The translations under genes and the position numbers were made by a program. A model generated the notes under the pieces. The model saw only the letters and a program-made list of their open reading frames with translations, was not told the DNA's origin and ran no database searches. Shown here one piece after another: positions 51,537 to 64,000 of a stretch of 64,000 nt of DNA (position 1 is its first letter; the number at the start of each line of letters is the position of its first letter). Source of the DNA: Zygnema circumcarinatum SAG 698-1b (Eukaryota > Plantae > Zygnematophyceae); contig CM074817.1 in assembly GCA_037447605.1 (NCBI GenBank), positions 1,240,001 through 1,304,000 on the forward strand, given 5' to 3'.

Positions 51537-52137
51537 AAAGAGATGTTCTCTTTTTTCCAAAATTATACCACGAGGTGTACTCAGTAGTTTTGTTGGGGTG
51601 TTTTTCACCTGATTTAGGTGTTCAGCGCGTTCATTCCTTCCGGAAGTACAGGCGTCTTGGAAGCCTTTCAATTTGTTAGACTACGTCTGCTCAAAGTGCA
51701 GTGTGAGGACGAAGTTGATCTTGTATAAACGTAGCATTATCACCGCTGAACTGTTCCAGTGCAGGGAAAGTTCAGTGGTTGCCTCATCCACTTTTAAGAA
51801 CTGTCCAGCTATGGATTTTGTATATCGATGCGCAGCCATTGTGATTCAAGATAATTGAATTTGCCATTCCACTCCACTCCATGACTCTTCATTCGTGTTC
51901 CAATATGTACTTGCCTGCTGTATACTTTGACAAAGTTGCATACTTGGTAAGGGAATTCGCGAGGTATGTTGATGTTGTGCTTTTCTAGTTTTCTTTTATT
52001 GGGAAAGAGAGAAAAAGAGCGAGAGAGATGGAGAGAGAGAGGGGGGAATGGGGAAGGGGGGGGGAAGGAGTTTGGATCGCTTTGCTTTGCATGGAGTACG
52101 CAGTGCGGAGGGAGAAGCAGAGTAGGTTGTCATAGCG

Positions 52138-52240
52138 ATGGTGCCGAAGAGTGAGCAGAAGGCGACGAAGAGCAAGGCTGAGAAGAATGGTGCTGGGAAA
52201 AACCTGTAGCGCCTCCTGCAGAGAGAAGCGAAGAGATTTT
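52138..52240 (+). pseudogene. 5' fragment of H2B, inverted relative to H2B copy 2
   Basis: ATGGTGCCGAAGAGTGAGCAGAAGGCGACGAAGAGCAAGGCTGAGAAG ([16 protein letters not shown]) aligns with the H2B copy 2 start ([17 protein letters not shown]). Frameshift and stop follow, with no histone fold. Confidence 0.8.
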
Positions 52241-52939
52241 GCGACTAAGCCCAAAACGAGGGGGAATTGAGAACTGTAAAATTTACATTATGATTCTCTC
52301 TCCACAGCTTCCAAGTAACAGCTGTTGAAAACAGACTTTGTGTTGAAGGGGTGTCTTGTCGTGCATTAGCTGATTCTTCTGGTTAATGAACATCATTTTT
52401 ACGTTTTTTTGCCTTTTGTTGTATACCTCTCCTTTATTTCTTCACAAATTTAGAATTTCAACAATCCTATCTTACATGTCAGACTCAAAGGTACTGAGGT
52501 ATAGCTACCAAAGACCAGCAAAATGACGGCTTATTTCATTGGTCATCACATTTCTTGCACAGGAGATTGTGAAGCCATCAGCTGTCTCCATTTTAGTAGA
52601 AATGAGTATATACAATTCTCATCAATGCTTGACAATCACAAAAGTGACCGCCAGAAGGGCTAGCTGGCATTTAGTCATCCATGAAGCTGCTCATGCATAT
52701 CTGAGAGGCATCTCAGTTGCTTCTCTGCAATCAAAAGAAGAGTGCCAATAAAACGGAATAAAAAAATTGATATCCTGTCTGAAAAATGGGCAACCCTTAT
52801 CATAGGTTTCCCAGTACTCAATACCTATACGAAGATTTTGCAGAGTTTCCAAAGAAAGAAACGAAAAGTTCCACAAGTAGGCTTCTAGTCAATGAAAAGA
52901 AAAGACTCAAGGTCGTAAGAATTGCAAGAAAGTAGTCTC

Positions 52940-54561
52940 CTAACTCGAAGACCTCTTCACTGGCGGTTGAGGCCATGTGCCAAAAACCCGATCCCACAAA
53001 GTGTTGGTAATGCCGTAGCCCATGTCAGGGTGCTTGAAGTGGTGAGCGAGATGGTAGCGCCTCAGCTTGTACAAAGCAGCAAACTTAGTCGGAAAGCCAA
53101 AATGGAGCCAGAAGTGGGTAACATCGTAGCAAACGTAACCAAGCAAGGCTCCCCCATAGATGGCATAGACAGTAGGCATTGGTAGGAAGAAGGTGAAAGG
53201 CGTGACAAGGGCTGCGGAGAAAATAACGTTCATGACGGGCGGGAACACAAGGCGGTTAGGATCCTGAGGATGCTTGTGATGGCACCCATGGAGAAGGTAG
53301 TGAAGGGTGTTCCACCAATAGGTGGACGTCTGTGAATGGAACAGGAATCGATGCAGGGAATATTCCAGAAAGCTCCAAAGAAGAAGTCCAATTGCCATAT
53401 GGACAGGAATAGAGCCTCCCTGCAACCATGTGAAGGACTATTATTAGGATAGAAATCCACCTTTTAATAAACATTGAGAAGAAAGACCAAAAAATCCCTC
53501 AAACATGAGGCCTGTTCCGCTACACCTTTCCTGCTTTCTGTAACCTGGAATATAATAAGCTAAATGCCAAATTGCTATTCCAAGTCAAAAAACAGCAAAT
53601 CGCGAAGTGACAGTTTCTGGTTTAATATAAAAAATATCACAGGAAATTCACGATATGAGAGATATCTCAGCGTAAGTGCTCCGATGTCAGATTAAGCCAA
53701 AACTAGAGACCACTTAAAGTATTTAAGTGAATGCATTAGTTTTTTCATAGCAGCAATGTAACAACATTCAAACGCAATCAACTCAGCCTTTCAGAGCACA
53801 CACAATATGAACAAAAATTCCCAACCCCAACACCTATCCCTTCCCCATTAAGTCCAGTTCATAGGAAGCAACGATGAGAAGCAGAACCTATACTTTCAGC
53901 TATGCTTCCACCCCACTCTAGTCTGAAGACTTGCGTGAATAAAAAGCAGTTAATATAATGCAAATACATAAAGAATGGGATTCAATAGTGACACCTGTCC
54001 ACACATGCTCGTTGATTCTTAAAGCAAAAACAAAGGCGCATTTTTTCCAGGCACAAACACTAGAAGCAATCCTTTGAACTTCAGCATCGCAAAGAATCGA
54101 GGGAAGGAAAGGAGCACTAATCAAAGCCGCATACAAAACACATAAGACAAGAATTAAAAAACTCGGGAAAAAAAATTATAAAAAATTACCTCTATTCCCC
54201 CCTTCAACGCCTGTGTCTCCGCATAGACCACCACGGGAAGCCAGATAAGCGGAATCATCCACCAATACGTGTTAGTGAACATCTCCATCAGGTCACTTTC
54301 GAACAGCCGCGGCCCTTTCTTGCTCACAATCGGATCGTGCACCCACGCATCGTACCGGTCACCGAGATGCCCTACTTGGAATACCAGTGGCTTATTCAAG
54401 TCCACTTGGAACAGCCCCGCAGGCTCACTCTTCTCCCTCTCCTCTCCGCCCACTTTCTTCCCACTCTTTCCTACCTCCGCTGCAGCCTTTTCATACTCAT
54501 CTGCAGCTGAAGCAGACTTCGGAACATCCATCGTGAAGGGATCCTCCGCGTGAGGCGGCAT
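52940..54561 (-). CDS. FAH: Sphingolipid fatty acid 2-hydroxylase (plant FAH1/FAH2 type, no fused cytochrome b5), exons 54561-54190 and 53419-52940
   Basis: VDLNKPLVFQVGHLG..Y..WVH.PI, EYSLHRFLFH, LHGCHHKHPQDPNRLVFPP, YDVTHFWLH, YHLAHHF, YGITNTLWDRVFGT. Confidence 0.95.
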
Positions 54562-55308
54562 ATTGACTTCGCAAATATGTCAAGAATAAGCTGTAGATGT
54601 CAGATGTACTTCCAAATACTTCTGTAAAATAGTCAATTCTCCCTCCAAGAGGCGAGAGCTGGCTCCCTCCTCACCTTCCAAGCAAACCCTAAAATTGGAC
54701 CTCAGCCGTCTGCAGGGCCCTCCCTGCAAGAGTCGCTGCTCAAAATTTGAAGGGCCAGTGCCAGTCAGAGCCAGCCAACGTCGCAGAAATAATGTTTTCG
54801 GGTCGCGGGCGGCGGTGCCGGGGCGGCGGGCCGACAAAAAAAAATAATTTCGAGGCGGCGGACGCGCGCGAGCGTGCGAATGCGACGTGCCATTGGTCCG
54901 TGCGCCGGAAAAAAAATGGCTGCCCGCGGTTCACGGTCAGTAATTGCATCGTACGGCACGAGGGACGGAGGCGGTTGATTGGCGGATCTTTGCTGAGGCT
55001 GCGCCCGGAAAAAAAAAGATGCGGATTCTCGCGAGCTACGTGGCCTCGCGATTCTGCCGAGGCGTGTCGCGGTCGCGAAAACGGACAAAAATTTGAAATG
55101 GCCGTACGGTACGGGTCTGACTTTCTTAATAAGTGCGCGACCGTACTTTATCGAGGTCTGGACAAGGGCCACTTTTGTCCGTTTTGAGCTTCTATTGGAT
55201 GTAATAAAGTCTCATTTGATAAACACACTTTATCGAGATGTGGAAAAGGGGCATTTTCCTTGAACCACAGGTCCTAGAAAGAAGACGACACGTGTACACA
55301 TTTGTATA

Positions 55309-55327
55309 CGTGGCGTGTCTTCATTGG
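55309..55327 (-). promoter_or_regulatory. Perfect ERSE-I-type element between divergent FAH and MYND genes
   Basis: CGTGG-cgtgtcttc-ATTGG. Confidence 0.55.
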
Positions 55328-56815
55328 TTGTGTGCTAGCAATTTGAAAAAAGTTCTGACTTTATTGAGTGGTCGAACAAAAAAGGCGGCCGTGTGCCACC
55401 TACCAACCAGAAAAATCAGATCTCCGTACAATTTCTGACGGAACTGCCCGCAGTGTCCAACATGGAAACGGCTCTGTCGGCGGATAGCGGTTGGCTGGCG
55501 GTAGAATCCGACCAGTGGAAGGCCCGAATGGGGAAAAACTGGGAACAGCTTTTCTATGCACAGAACGCATATTCACATGCTGATGTTAAATCCACAAAAT
55601 TAGTTTCTGTAAACTTCGAAACTGTAGATCTTTGTACACATAATATGTGAATTCACATGGTGATCCTAAATCGCAGAAATTACTTTTTCTAACTGGAAAA
55701 CTGAGGACTCAGAAAATTCACAAATTAACGGGAAATAAAGTTTCTTACGGAACTAGAGTGAATTACTGACATAGAACCTAAGTTAGGGTTTGATAGACGA
55801 AGCTGAACTTGCAGTATTCTGAAGGAGGAGACTGCGCTTGGCGGAGGAGTCAGGATAGCTCCGGCCATGGCTGCCTGCCATCTTTCTGCCGCTCTCCATG
55901 GCTGCTTCCGCCGCCTCCTGCTGCGGTTCTGAGTGCGAGAGCTTCGGCTGAAGGGCTCATGCGCTTCGCTGTGGCTGTTGGGTCAAAGGTGGCTGGCTCC
56001 CTTGCAGTGCGCGCTTGCCCGTTTCTGCCAGAGATTAGGGCGGAATTGAGGCTTACATCTCAATTTGAGCAGAAGATTCTTGAGTAGAAAGGATTTGGCC
56101 AATATTCTCTGATATATAGCGTGAACTTCACACTGTTTATTGTGGCTTATTGCTACATATCTTGTTAGTGGATGCTTGGAATGAGTCGAGAAGGGCAACC
56201 TGCGGCGTGTGGTTTCCTTTATACCATGCGGATTGGAACAAGAAGATGAAGAAGAGATCCTATGGCCGTAAGAGTTTGCGAAGAAGATCTGCTGAATGGT
56301 GGAACGAGAGTAGATGCTTAGTGTCGAAGGCTGTAAGAAGGATGAAGCCATTGGTGATGTAGCAGACAGGCAGCACACCTGAGCTGCCTTTGTTCTTGCA
56401 ATTCCTTCGCTGGATGGAATCTTATGTTCGTTAGGTTATAAGGTCGAGCTGAGGATGTTGTACTTCGGGGGGCATGCTCAGAGCTGAACTTGGAATTTGG
56501 AAAAGTTGCAGCTTCTCGAGCTGAAGATGTATTTCAGATTAGAGCTCCACAAAGTCTGAGTATGAGTCCGATAGGAAGGTATTGTACCATCAAAAAACAC
56601 AATTTCCACCTGCAACGCTGTTTTTCTACAACAGCTCTTGCTGAGTAACTTTTTTAAGTTGTTATGTCCTAGTTTCGAACAAAAATCCGGAGGTTTTCAC
56701 AATTTCGGTACTAAGATTGTTGCACTACTATAGAGCCACTTGTCACTTCTGCTTCGCATAGTGCTTCTAAGCTGCGGCTTGCAAGAGAACGAGAATTCCG
56801 AACCGTTGTCCAGCC

Positions 56816-57993
56816 ATGGCGTGGTGGAGGCTCTTGCATAAGCCTTGTACGGGGCATACATGGAAGCTGTTTCTGATAGTTTTTCCAATTCTGCTACGAG
56901 CCCTCTATGGCCGACCTCTGGTCATGCCTATGCTGGTCGGAACTTTGGATGATCGTATACTGCTCTCATATGCAGTTATTGTTATACTGGCTGTCGGGAT
57001 AGAATTGCTTCTGGCTTTTTGGCCTGATAACCCATGGGGAGAGGATGCCGGAGGTCCAGAGTTGGGCTTTGATATACCTGACAACGCCTGCTACTTTTGC
57101 ATTCGCCAAACTGCGACGTCGAAGTGTGGGGGATGCAGGTGCGTTTCAAAGCGACCTCGTGTTTCTGTGTTTCTGTGTGTATGAATCACTTTGCCTTGTT
57201 TGCTCCATCTTGAAGTCTATTAAGGATCTAGGTTTGAGAAATAAATTATTTTCAGTGTCAGTTTTAGAACTTTGTGTTGTTTGTCTCGTGCACTTGTGAC
57301 AAGCCATGCTCGTCTAAGCCCATTCTGGGCACACATATTTTATTTCATGTTGATCATACTTCCCTTCTCTTCTGTCCGTTTTTATGTCGTTTTAACCTTG
57401 TCGTCATTTTGTGACTTCCCTTTTGCAGGTTGGTTTATTACTGCGGCCGTTTCTGCCAAATGCAAGCTTGGCGAAAACATAGGCATGTATGTGGAGCTGC
57501 GACTGCAGCCTCTCAACGAATTCAGCGGTCCTCTCAGTCGATATCTCCATCTCAATGGCGCGCTCTCCAGGAATACAGTGACCACGTGAAGAGCCTTCTA
57601 GTAGTTCACGGAGTCATCCCAGCAACTCCCACCTTGGCAGCGCAAATCCTTTGTCACATTGGAGCATATGTGAGAGAGCATCCTGGTCTTGTATGCCAAG
57701 AAGTTGCAGACAGTGCATGGGCGGCAGCCATCAGCATGCGGAATGATGGAGCTCCTGATAGACTACACATGGCATGGGCTTGGGGCTTCCTTGAGGCGAC
57801 TGTCGAATCTGGGAGTGCAGACGCGTTCCTTGCAGCCCTTGGAATGGGGAACGGAAGGAATGGGAGAGAGGCGGACCTTGCAAGAGTGAACAGATGGATG
57901 AGAAGGGGTCTCTGCCAGGCCCTCCTCATGCTCAACAGGCGGCAGGAGGTGGGAGCCTTCCTGAGGTCAGCCCCTCGAGTGGCAGTCGCCTGA
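56816..57993 (+). CDS. Protein with two N-terminal hydrophobic segments and a zf-MYND domain, exons 56816-57138 and 57429-57993
   Basis: The spliced sequence CYFCIRQTATSKCGGCR|LVYYCGRFCQMQAWRKHRHVC fits the MYND C-C-C-C-C-C-H-C spacing. Phase-2 GT-AG intron. Additional upstream exons cannot be excluded. Confidence 0.8.
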
Positions 57994-59069
57994 AGTCTCT
58001 TCTTTTTTTAACTGCTTCCTCCGATGGATGGTATGGGGGCTTTACTCCTTTTGTCTTTTGGCTTTTTAGGGCTGCTTGAAATAGCATTCACAGCCCAAGA
58101 AATGGCTTATGGCAGCTGTAATATGCCAATCGTCGAGAGTGTGTAGGGCCACTTTGGAGCGGCGTGAGATGATATATGATGTGGATGGTTCCATTTTCCT
58201 TTGTAGGGTAATCAGTAGGCGTAGGGAGAGAGAGAGAGTGGAAGAGACGGCTGCGGCTTCCAGGAGAGGACTAGGCAATACTAGTCTTTGATGTACTTTA
58301 GTCACACACACTGGATTGGTCGACCGTTCACTGTGCTTTAATTACTGCGGTAGAGAAGAGAGGAAAAGAGAGAGTAGAGGCATTGTTGTTGTGAGGGTGT
58401 GGGCTGAGAGAGAGTAGTGATCGTTGTGAAGATATGGTATGAAGATGTTGCTGATGGTAAACCAAGTGGTTGAGAGCAGAGGGGGGGTTGTAGGGGGAGA
58501 GAGACATCAAAAGGGACGATTTTTTGCAAGTTGTAGGCACTCTTTTTCTGGCAGACGCTGGTGTGGGTGTAAGGCTTCAATATGATGAAAAAAATAACAT
58601 CTCCGGTTCTTCTTCAGTAGAATCTTCATAAGTGAGAAGCTAGATTCATGGGCCAACTGTTCTGATGATTAGAAAAACTTCGTATCTCCCCTCTCCCCTC
58701 TCTCCTCTCCCCTCTCCCCTCTCCCCTCTCCCNNNNNNNNNNCCCTCCTCCCCGTTACCCTCTCCGCCCTCGCCCTCGCCTTCCCCTCCCTATCCTGTTG
58801 CCGATAAAGTTGTTGTCCGTGCAGCAACCATCATTCACTTTCAAATCGAAATCCGCCAAAGTGTACACAGCACGCATTGTGTTTCTCTTTAAATAAAAAC
58901 TAGGTGAAAAGCCAGGCTGAAATCATAAACAACTGACTAAACGAGCACATGAAGATCCACGAAACCGCTGACAGCATGCTAATCAATAGCCAAAATCAAC
59001 TTTCAAATTTGGTTAAGTCTCAATTTCACTTCCAATTTGAGGTTACATAGTTCCACAGCCGCAGGCCTA

Positions 59070-60533
59070 CTACCTCACCTTCTGCTTTGGCAGTCTCAGC
59101 CCGGGACGAGCCTTCACAGGCGCCAGTCTCTTCACCTTTTCCGCGTCAAAATTCATCGTGAGAAGAGTGAGCACAAGCGCAACGAAAAATATGGGGTACA
59201 AATCAGGCTCAAATGAATCCTCTCCACTATCAAATGCTTGCCAGAGGCCCTCCTTGTAGAGCCCCCATCCAATGAGAAGGAGGCCCAGCAGACCGAGCCG
59301 CCCAGCCTTCCACAAAGCTTGCAGGGCTCCACCAACCACGAAGTAGCTCCCCGCCATCACCTGCAGAGCGATAGTCTTCCAAGTTTCAGGTGCAAAGCAA
59401 CACTTTGGGGGATGCGCAAGATGGGCAACAAAAGCAGAAGTACACGAGCGTCTGGAAGACAAGCAGCAGCTTCTCTCCTGAAATTGTGTATTTGAGCAGT
59501 ATGCACTGCCAATTTCAATTTCAAAATGAGAGGAACGAGTCGTGCATAATCCTAAACAAGGGCATTCCCCCTTTCGCCAAAAGCCGCCTTTTCCAAAAAG
59601 AGGTTTCCTGGCCATACCTCAAGCCTGTACTTCGGTATGTATGTGGTGTTCTCGTTGATGACTTGATCAATCTTGTAGTCGACCAACAGTGTGTCCCAGT
59701 TAGGGGCGTCAAACGGCGTGTTCTCAATGGTCGAGTTCCACAACCTATGCATAAGGGCACCTGGGTAAAGGGCACCCTTCAAAGCAGAAGCTGGAAGCGG
59801 GAATCCAGCTGCTAATTGGCCCATCATGACCTCCAAAGGCGCTGTACATATGCCAGTGCGACATTGTGTTCTGCACATCACAAAACTCTCAACCGGTCAA
59901 TTCCTAGCCTCCTTTCTCTCAATTTCTCACACATTCTCACTTTCTCGCTCATGTTTCTCTTTTATGAACACATTATTTGTACGCAAGAATGCAAATACAG
60001 GGATGTCCGCAGGCAAAACTGACTGAAGAAACCATGAACCACTCACTCACGTGGACAAGCTAAGAGCTCTGCAATTTGGCAGAGCCTCACTTATAACGAT
60101 ATGATAATAAGATAATGGATAATGGATAATGGCAAGCGGTTCCAAACCATCGTTCTTAAAGCAGGAAATATAAATCACAAACAAAACGTGCGGAGGCAAC
60201 AGTTCAAATTATGTGCCATTTAGGACCAGCATCGCACCCTTCACAGTATGAACTTGTAAGTCAACAGATGCCTCAAGTCGCTGCCCTTAAGGGAGACTAA
60301 TGCTACTGACGTCCTCACTGTACAAAACCTTTTCACTCATTTCAGAGGAGACTAGCAATGAGCAGCAAGGCGAGCCTCTTCATTCTGCTGCTTTTTGAGA
60401 ATCCTCCAACATCATCGGGGACAACGATGATAACACGGGGATCAACCTACCTGAATAAGGGAACCTGAAAGAGAATAATTAAAAAAATGGTCTGTGCTGC
60501 TCGGGCTTGTATCCATGGAGGTGTTAAACCCAT
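59070..60533 (-). CDS. Conserved uncharacterised plant membrane protein (208 aa), exons 60533-60451, 59870-59618, 59360-59070
   Basis: FLIILFQVPLFR|TQCRTGICTAPLEV...ALYPGA...RLE|VMAGSYFVVGG...GLLLIGWGLYKEG resembles a land-plant family as I recall it (FQIPLFR..CR.G.C..P, LYPGA, LEV.AGSYF, WGL.KEG). Phases are consistent, 209 codons. Confidence 0.8.
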
Positions 60534-61445
60534 TGTAACCGTTTTCAATTGAACTCTAAGCGCTGGCGTAATTATCTGCAGTCCAAGTCCAAAAAAACAA
60601 TAAGTAAAACGCCTGACAGCCACTCAGAAGCCAGCCATAGAGTCATAGACATGCAACTTCTTTGTCCAGCCACTCATCCGTTCGTTTCAATAGGAATTAT
60701 ACTCACAGCCAAACAGATTCACAGAAATACGGGGACATTGAAAGAAACCATTCCCTTCTCCCTTTCACTCTTTCTACAAACTCCCTTTCACTCTCTCCTC
60801 GTGTCATGTGCATGTGCTTGCTGAGCACATTAAATGTTTGTCTCTTAATGCAACATGCTGTAGTTCTACGAAGATTGTGACTGCCTCTCAGTCAGACGAA
60901 ATTAAATTCAAAATCATATATCATAATTCAAAAACCCATCTTATTACGACATCATTGTTGAAAAAATTGGAGCTCCTTTCTTTTTGGCAATTGCAAAAGG
61001 AGCGCCCGTACAGCCTATTCTTCGGAGGCTCGGCAAAAACAAGAGCCACACCTCATACTCCAAGGTCAGTCCTTGCAGCCTTTCATCGTTACAACTCTTC
61101 AATCCGAACAGTGAAATTGTGCACTGTAAGGAGAGTGACTGCCACTCAATGCCTAGATGAGGTTCAGTAGTTTCCACATGGGCTTCATTTCTAGAAGGAA
61201 GTTTGCAACAAAGACCTAATGAAAAACTGATTAGCGCAGGACTCTATACTTGCATTGCTCGTTGCGAGTTTTCTTTTAGACTGCGTACTGAAAATTGCCT
61301 ATTGAACCTTAGAACTACGCCCTCTCCGGTTCTTACGAGCGCAATAGGAACAGCAGTCGAGATTCACTCAACGATTGAACATGAAAGCGAAGCCGTGCAT
61401 TATATGCTCGGCCCTCAGATCGGAACTAGAGGGAGGGAGCGCGTG

Positions 61446-61446
<1 letters not shown>

Positions 61447-61515
<69 letters not shown>
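61447..61515. repeat. (GA)n microsatellite
   Basis: Direct reading. Confidence 0.95.
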
Positions 61516-61517
<2 letters not shown>

Positions 61518-61860
61518 GAAGTGAAAGCGTAAGACCAAGGGAGGCGCGAGAGAGGTAAGATTGTAAGAATCGGCTCACATTAATTCGACAGACGATTCAA
61601 GAAACGTTTCTTCAGATGCAGAGTTCTCCAAACGCCCTCATAAATTATTCTACTGAGCAATTCTGTCGAGAGAGAGAGAAAGAGAGAGAGAGAGAGGGGT
61701 CAGAAGCTCCAAGTCAATACATTTCACTGCAACTTTCCTTGCAAGTTTCCAAGAAAAACAACAATAGCGTACCTTGACCCTCGTAGGGTTTTGAGTTTTC
61801 GGAGATTTCGCTCACGTTCTGCCTCTGACGAGTGTGGCCTCTTTTTTTCCTTCTTCTTTG

Positions 61861-61923
61861 CAGCCTTCAGCGTTCAGCTTTCAGCCGTCAAGCCTTCAGC
61901 CTTCAGCCTTCAGCCTTCAGCCA
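61861..61923. repeat. 7-bp tandem repeat (TTCAGCC)n, about 9 copies
   Basis: Direct reading. Confidence 0.85.
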
Positions 61924-61996
61924 GTTGTCGTTTGGGCAATTTCAGACTTTCAGGGTCGGAATCCATCGAGGTTTTTTTTTACGGGAACGGCATGAG

Positions 61997-62049
61997 CCAA
62001 TCACAGAGTGCCACGTTGACACCTGTGCCTACGTGGCGCGTTTTATTGG
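61997..62049. promoter_or_regulatory. Perfect ERSE-I-type element plus an inverted N8 variant, upstream of the 59070-60533 gene
   Basis: CCAAT-cacagagtg-CCACG (61997-62015) and CGTGG-cgcgtttt-ATTGG (62032-62049). Confidence 0.55.
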
Positions 62050-63392
62050 TGCGGTCATTGAATGATGTGAAAATAAATGGAGAAGTGGAAACCCGTCTTC
62101 GCTTTCCGAAATTGCTTGAAACCGTACGGGTCTGTGTGGATTTTCACGCTCATGTCGTACTGTGCCGTACGGTGTGGAAGTCCGTTACTAACTTACCTTG
62201 TAGTGCAAGTTTACGAGATTCATGCTTTCGCAAATTCACACCTTCACGATTCATACTTTTGCAAATTCGGATTCCATATCCAGAAGCTGCCGACAGCCGT
62301 GTTAGCTCGTGACCGTGTGATTGCGGAATATTGCGGCGATGCACTCGCTGAGGCTGAGGTTCCATTGGCACTTTTAGTGTCAGGCGAAGTCTTTTGAGGA
62401 ATGGTTATCGGTTTAATGGTCAGCACCGTCAACAATCGACACATTCATACTCACACGAAGCAATATGCCACAAGCCTTCTCCTTTTTTTTCTTTTATTAT
62501 TCTGATAAAGATAGAAACCAATTTGTATATTAATACATAGACATTGAAATGATAGAATGTGTCATGAAATCCTGCATTGATGTCGTGCTGTCAAGCACGC
62601 TGATAGCACACCAAAGAAGTCGAATCAGGTTCGAGTACGTTGAAAACTCAGGCTGCTGAAATGAGCTAAACTGATAATATAGCTCATTTCAGCTTCAAGA
62701 AAAAGAGATGGATGTTGACATGAAATTACGTGTTTTGAACAGAGTCAAAAGAAGCACATGCCTTTCTTTCTTCCATGCTGCAATAATCGTCCGAGTGTCT
62801 ACTCACTCTGCTGATTATCAATAGCGGAAATAAGAAACTAGGTTTCTGCAGGTGCTGGGAATACAGGACTTTCTAGATAAGCACAACGTGGAGCACATCA
62901 AGCACACAGAAAACTAATAAGCACATCATGTATAACCAAATGCCTCGGGTAAGCACATGGTGCAAGTACTCCAACAGTAGACGTTTAAAATAGGGAACAA
63001 GAGAAATGAAATAGAGAAAGTAAGTTCAGTTATCCTGAATCACACTGGCTGCGCATCTATATAATTCAAAAGGTACAAAATCCATAAGTGGACTGTTCTT
63101 AACAATGGATGAGGCAAACACTGAATTTTTCCTACGCTGGTGCAGTTCAGCGGTGATGACGCTACGTTTATACAAAGATCCACTTCGTCCTCGCACTGCA
63201 TTTGATCAGACGCAATCTAGCGAATTGAAAGGCTTCCTAGAGGCCTATGCTTCCGAAAGGAATGGACGCGCTTGACAAATTATTGATTGTAACATCTAGC
63301 TTTTGGTGAAAAGCACCCCCGGCAACTACTGAATACACCCCTTAGTACAGTTTCAGGAAAAGAAAGAAAAAAAAAGGGGGGGGCGTCTCTTT

Positions 63393-63899
<507 letters not shown>

Positions 63900-64000
63900 G
63901 ACGAAAAAAGGCTACAATCTCACAGCTCAGCCAGAAAAAGTAACACTCCGTCCCCTTCCAACAGCCGTCAGGAAACCCTAAAATTCAGAATTGCTAGAAA

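Noticed and set aside
60451-60464. 14-nt microexon (VPLFR)
   Set aside because: The frame stays open upstream to ATG 60533 (MGLTPPW...FLIILFQ), so it is the end of a normal first coding exon.

Overview
Intron-rich eukaryotic nuclear DNA from a green-plant lineage. It is most likely a streptophyte alga, and Zygnematophyceae is my inference from the plant-type tRNA-iMet, NAC domain, one-LRR-per-exon gene and algal plastid ndhF. The assembly is a draft with several 10-N gaps. Recognisable genes: a divergent NAC-domain exon, a secreted LRR+EGF gene with a 1-nt frameshift, chlorophyllase, plastid ribosomal protein L17, U2AF35, a YihQ/sulfoquinovosidase-like GH31, a P-class PPR, tRNA-iMet, sphingolipid fatty acid 2-hydroxylase, a TM+zf-MYND gene and a conserved plant membrane protein. 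There is also a dispersed histone cluster (3 H4, 2 H2B, 1 H2B remnant) in which every intact gene has an intron, three tandem plastid ndhF fragments, two orphan membrane-protein genes, and several MITE/foldback elements and satellites. Most striking unexplained signals: (1) nine perfect CCAAT-N9-CCACG (ERSE-I) elements against about 0.12 expected by chance, mostly upstream of genes; (2) a motif resembling a decayed histone stem-loop 50-76 nt after the stop codon of all five histone genes; (3) a long 3' region conserved between two H4 paralogs whose introns do not align. All exon models and family calls were made by eye, with no database search.
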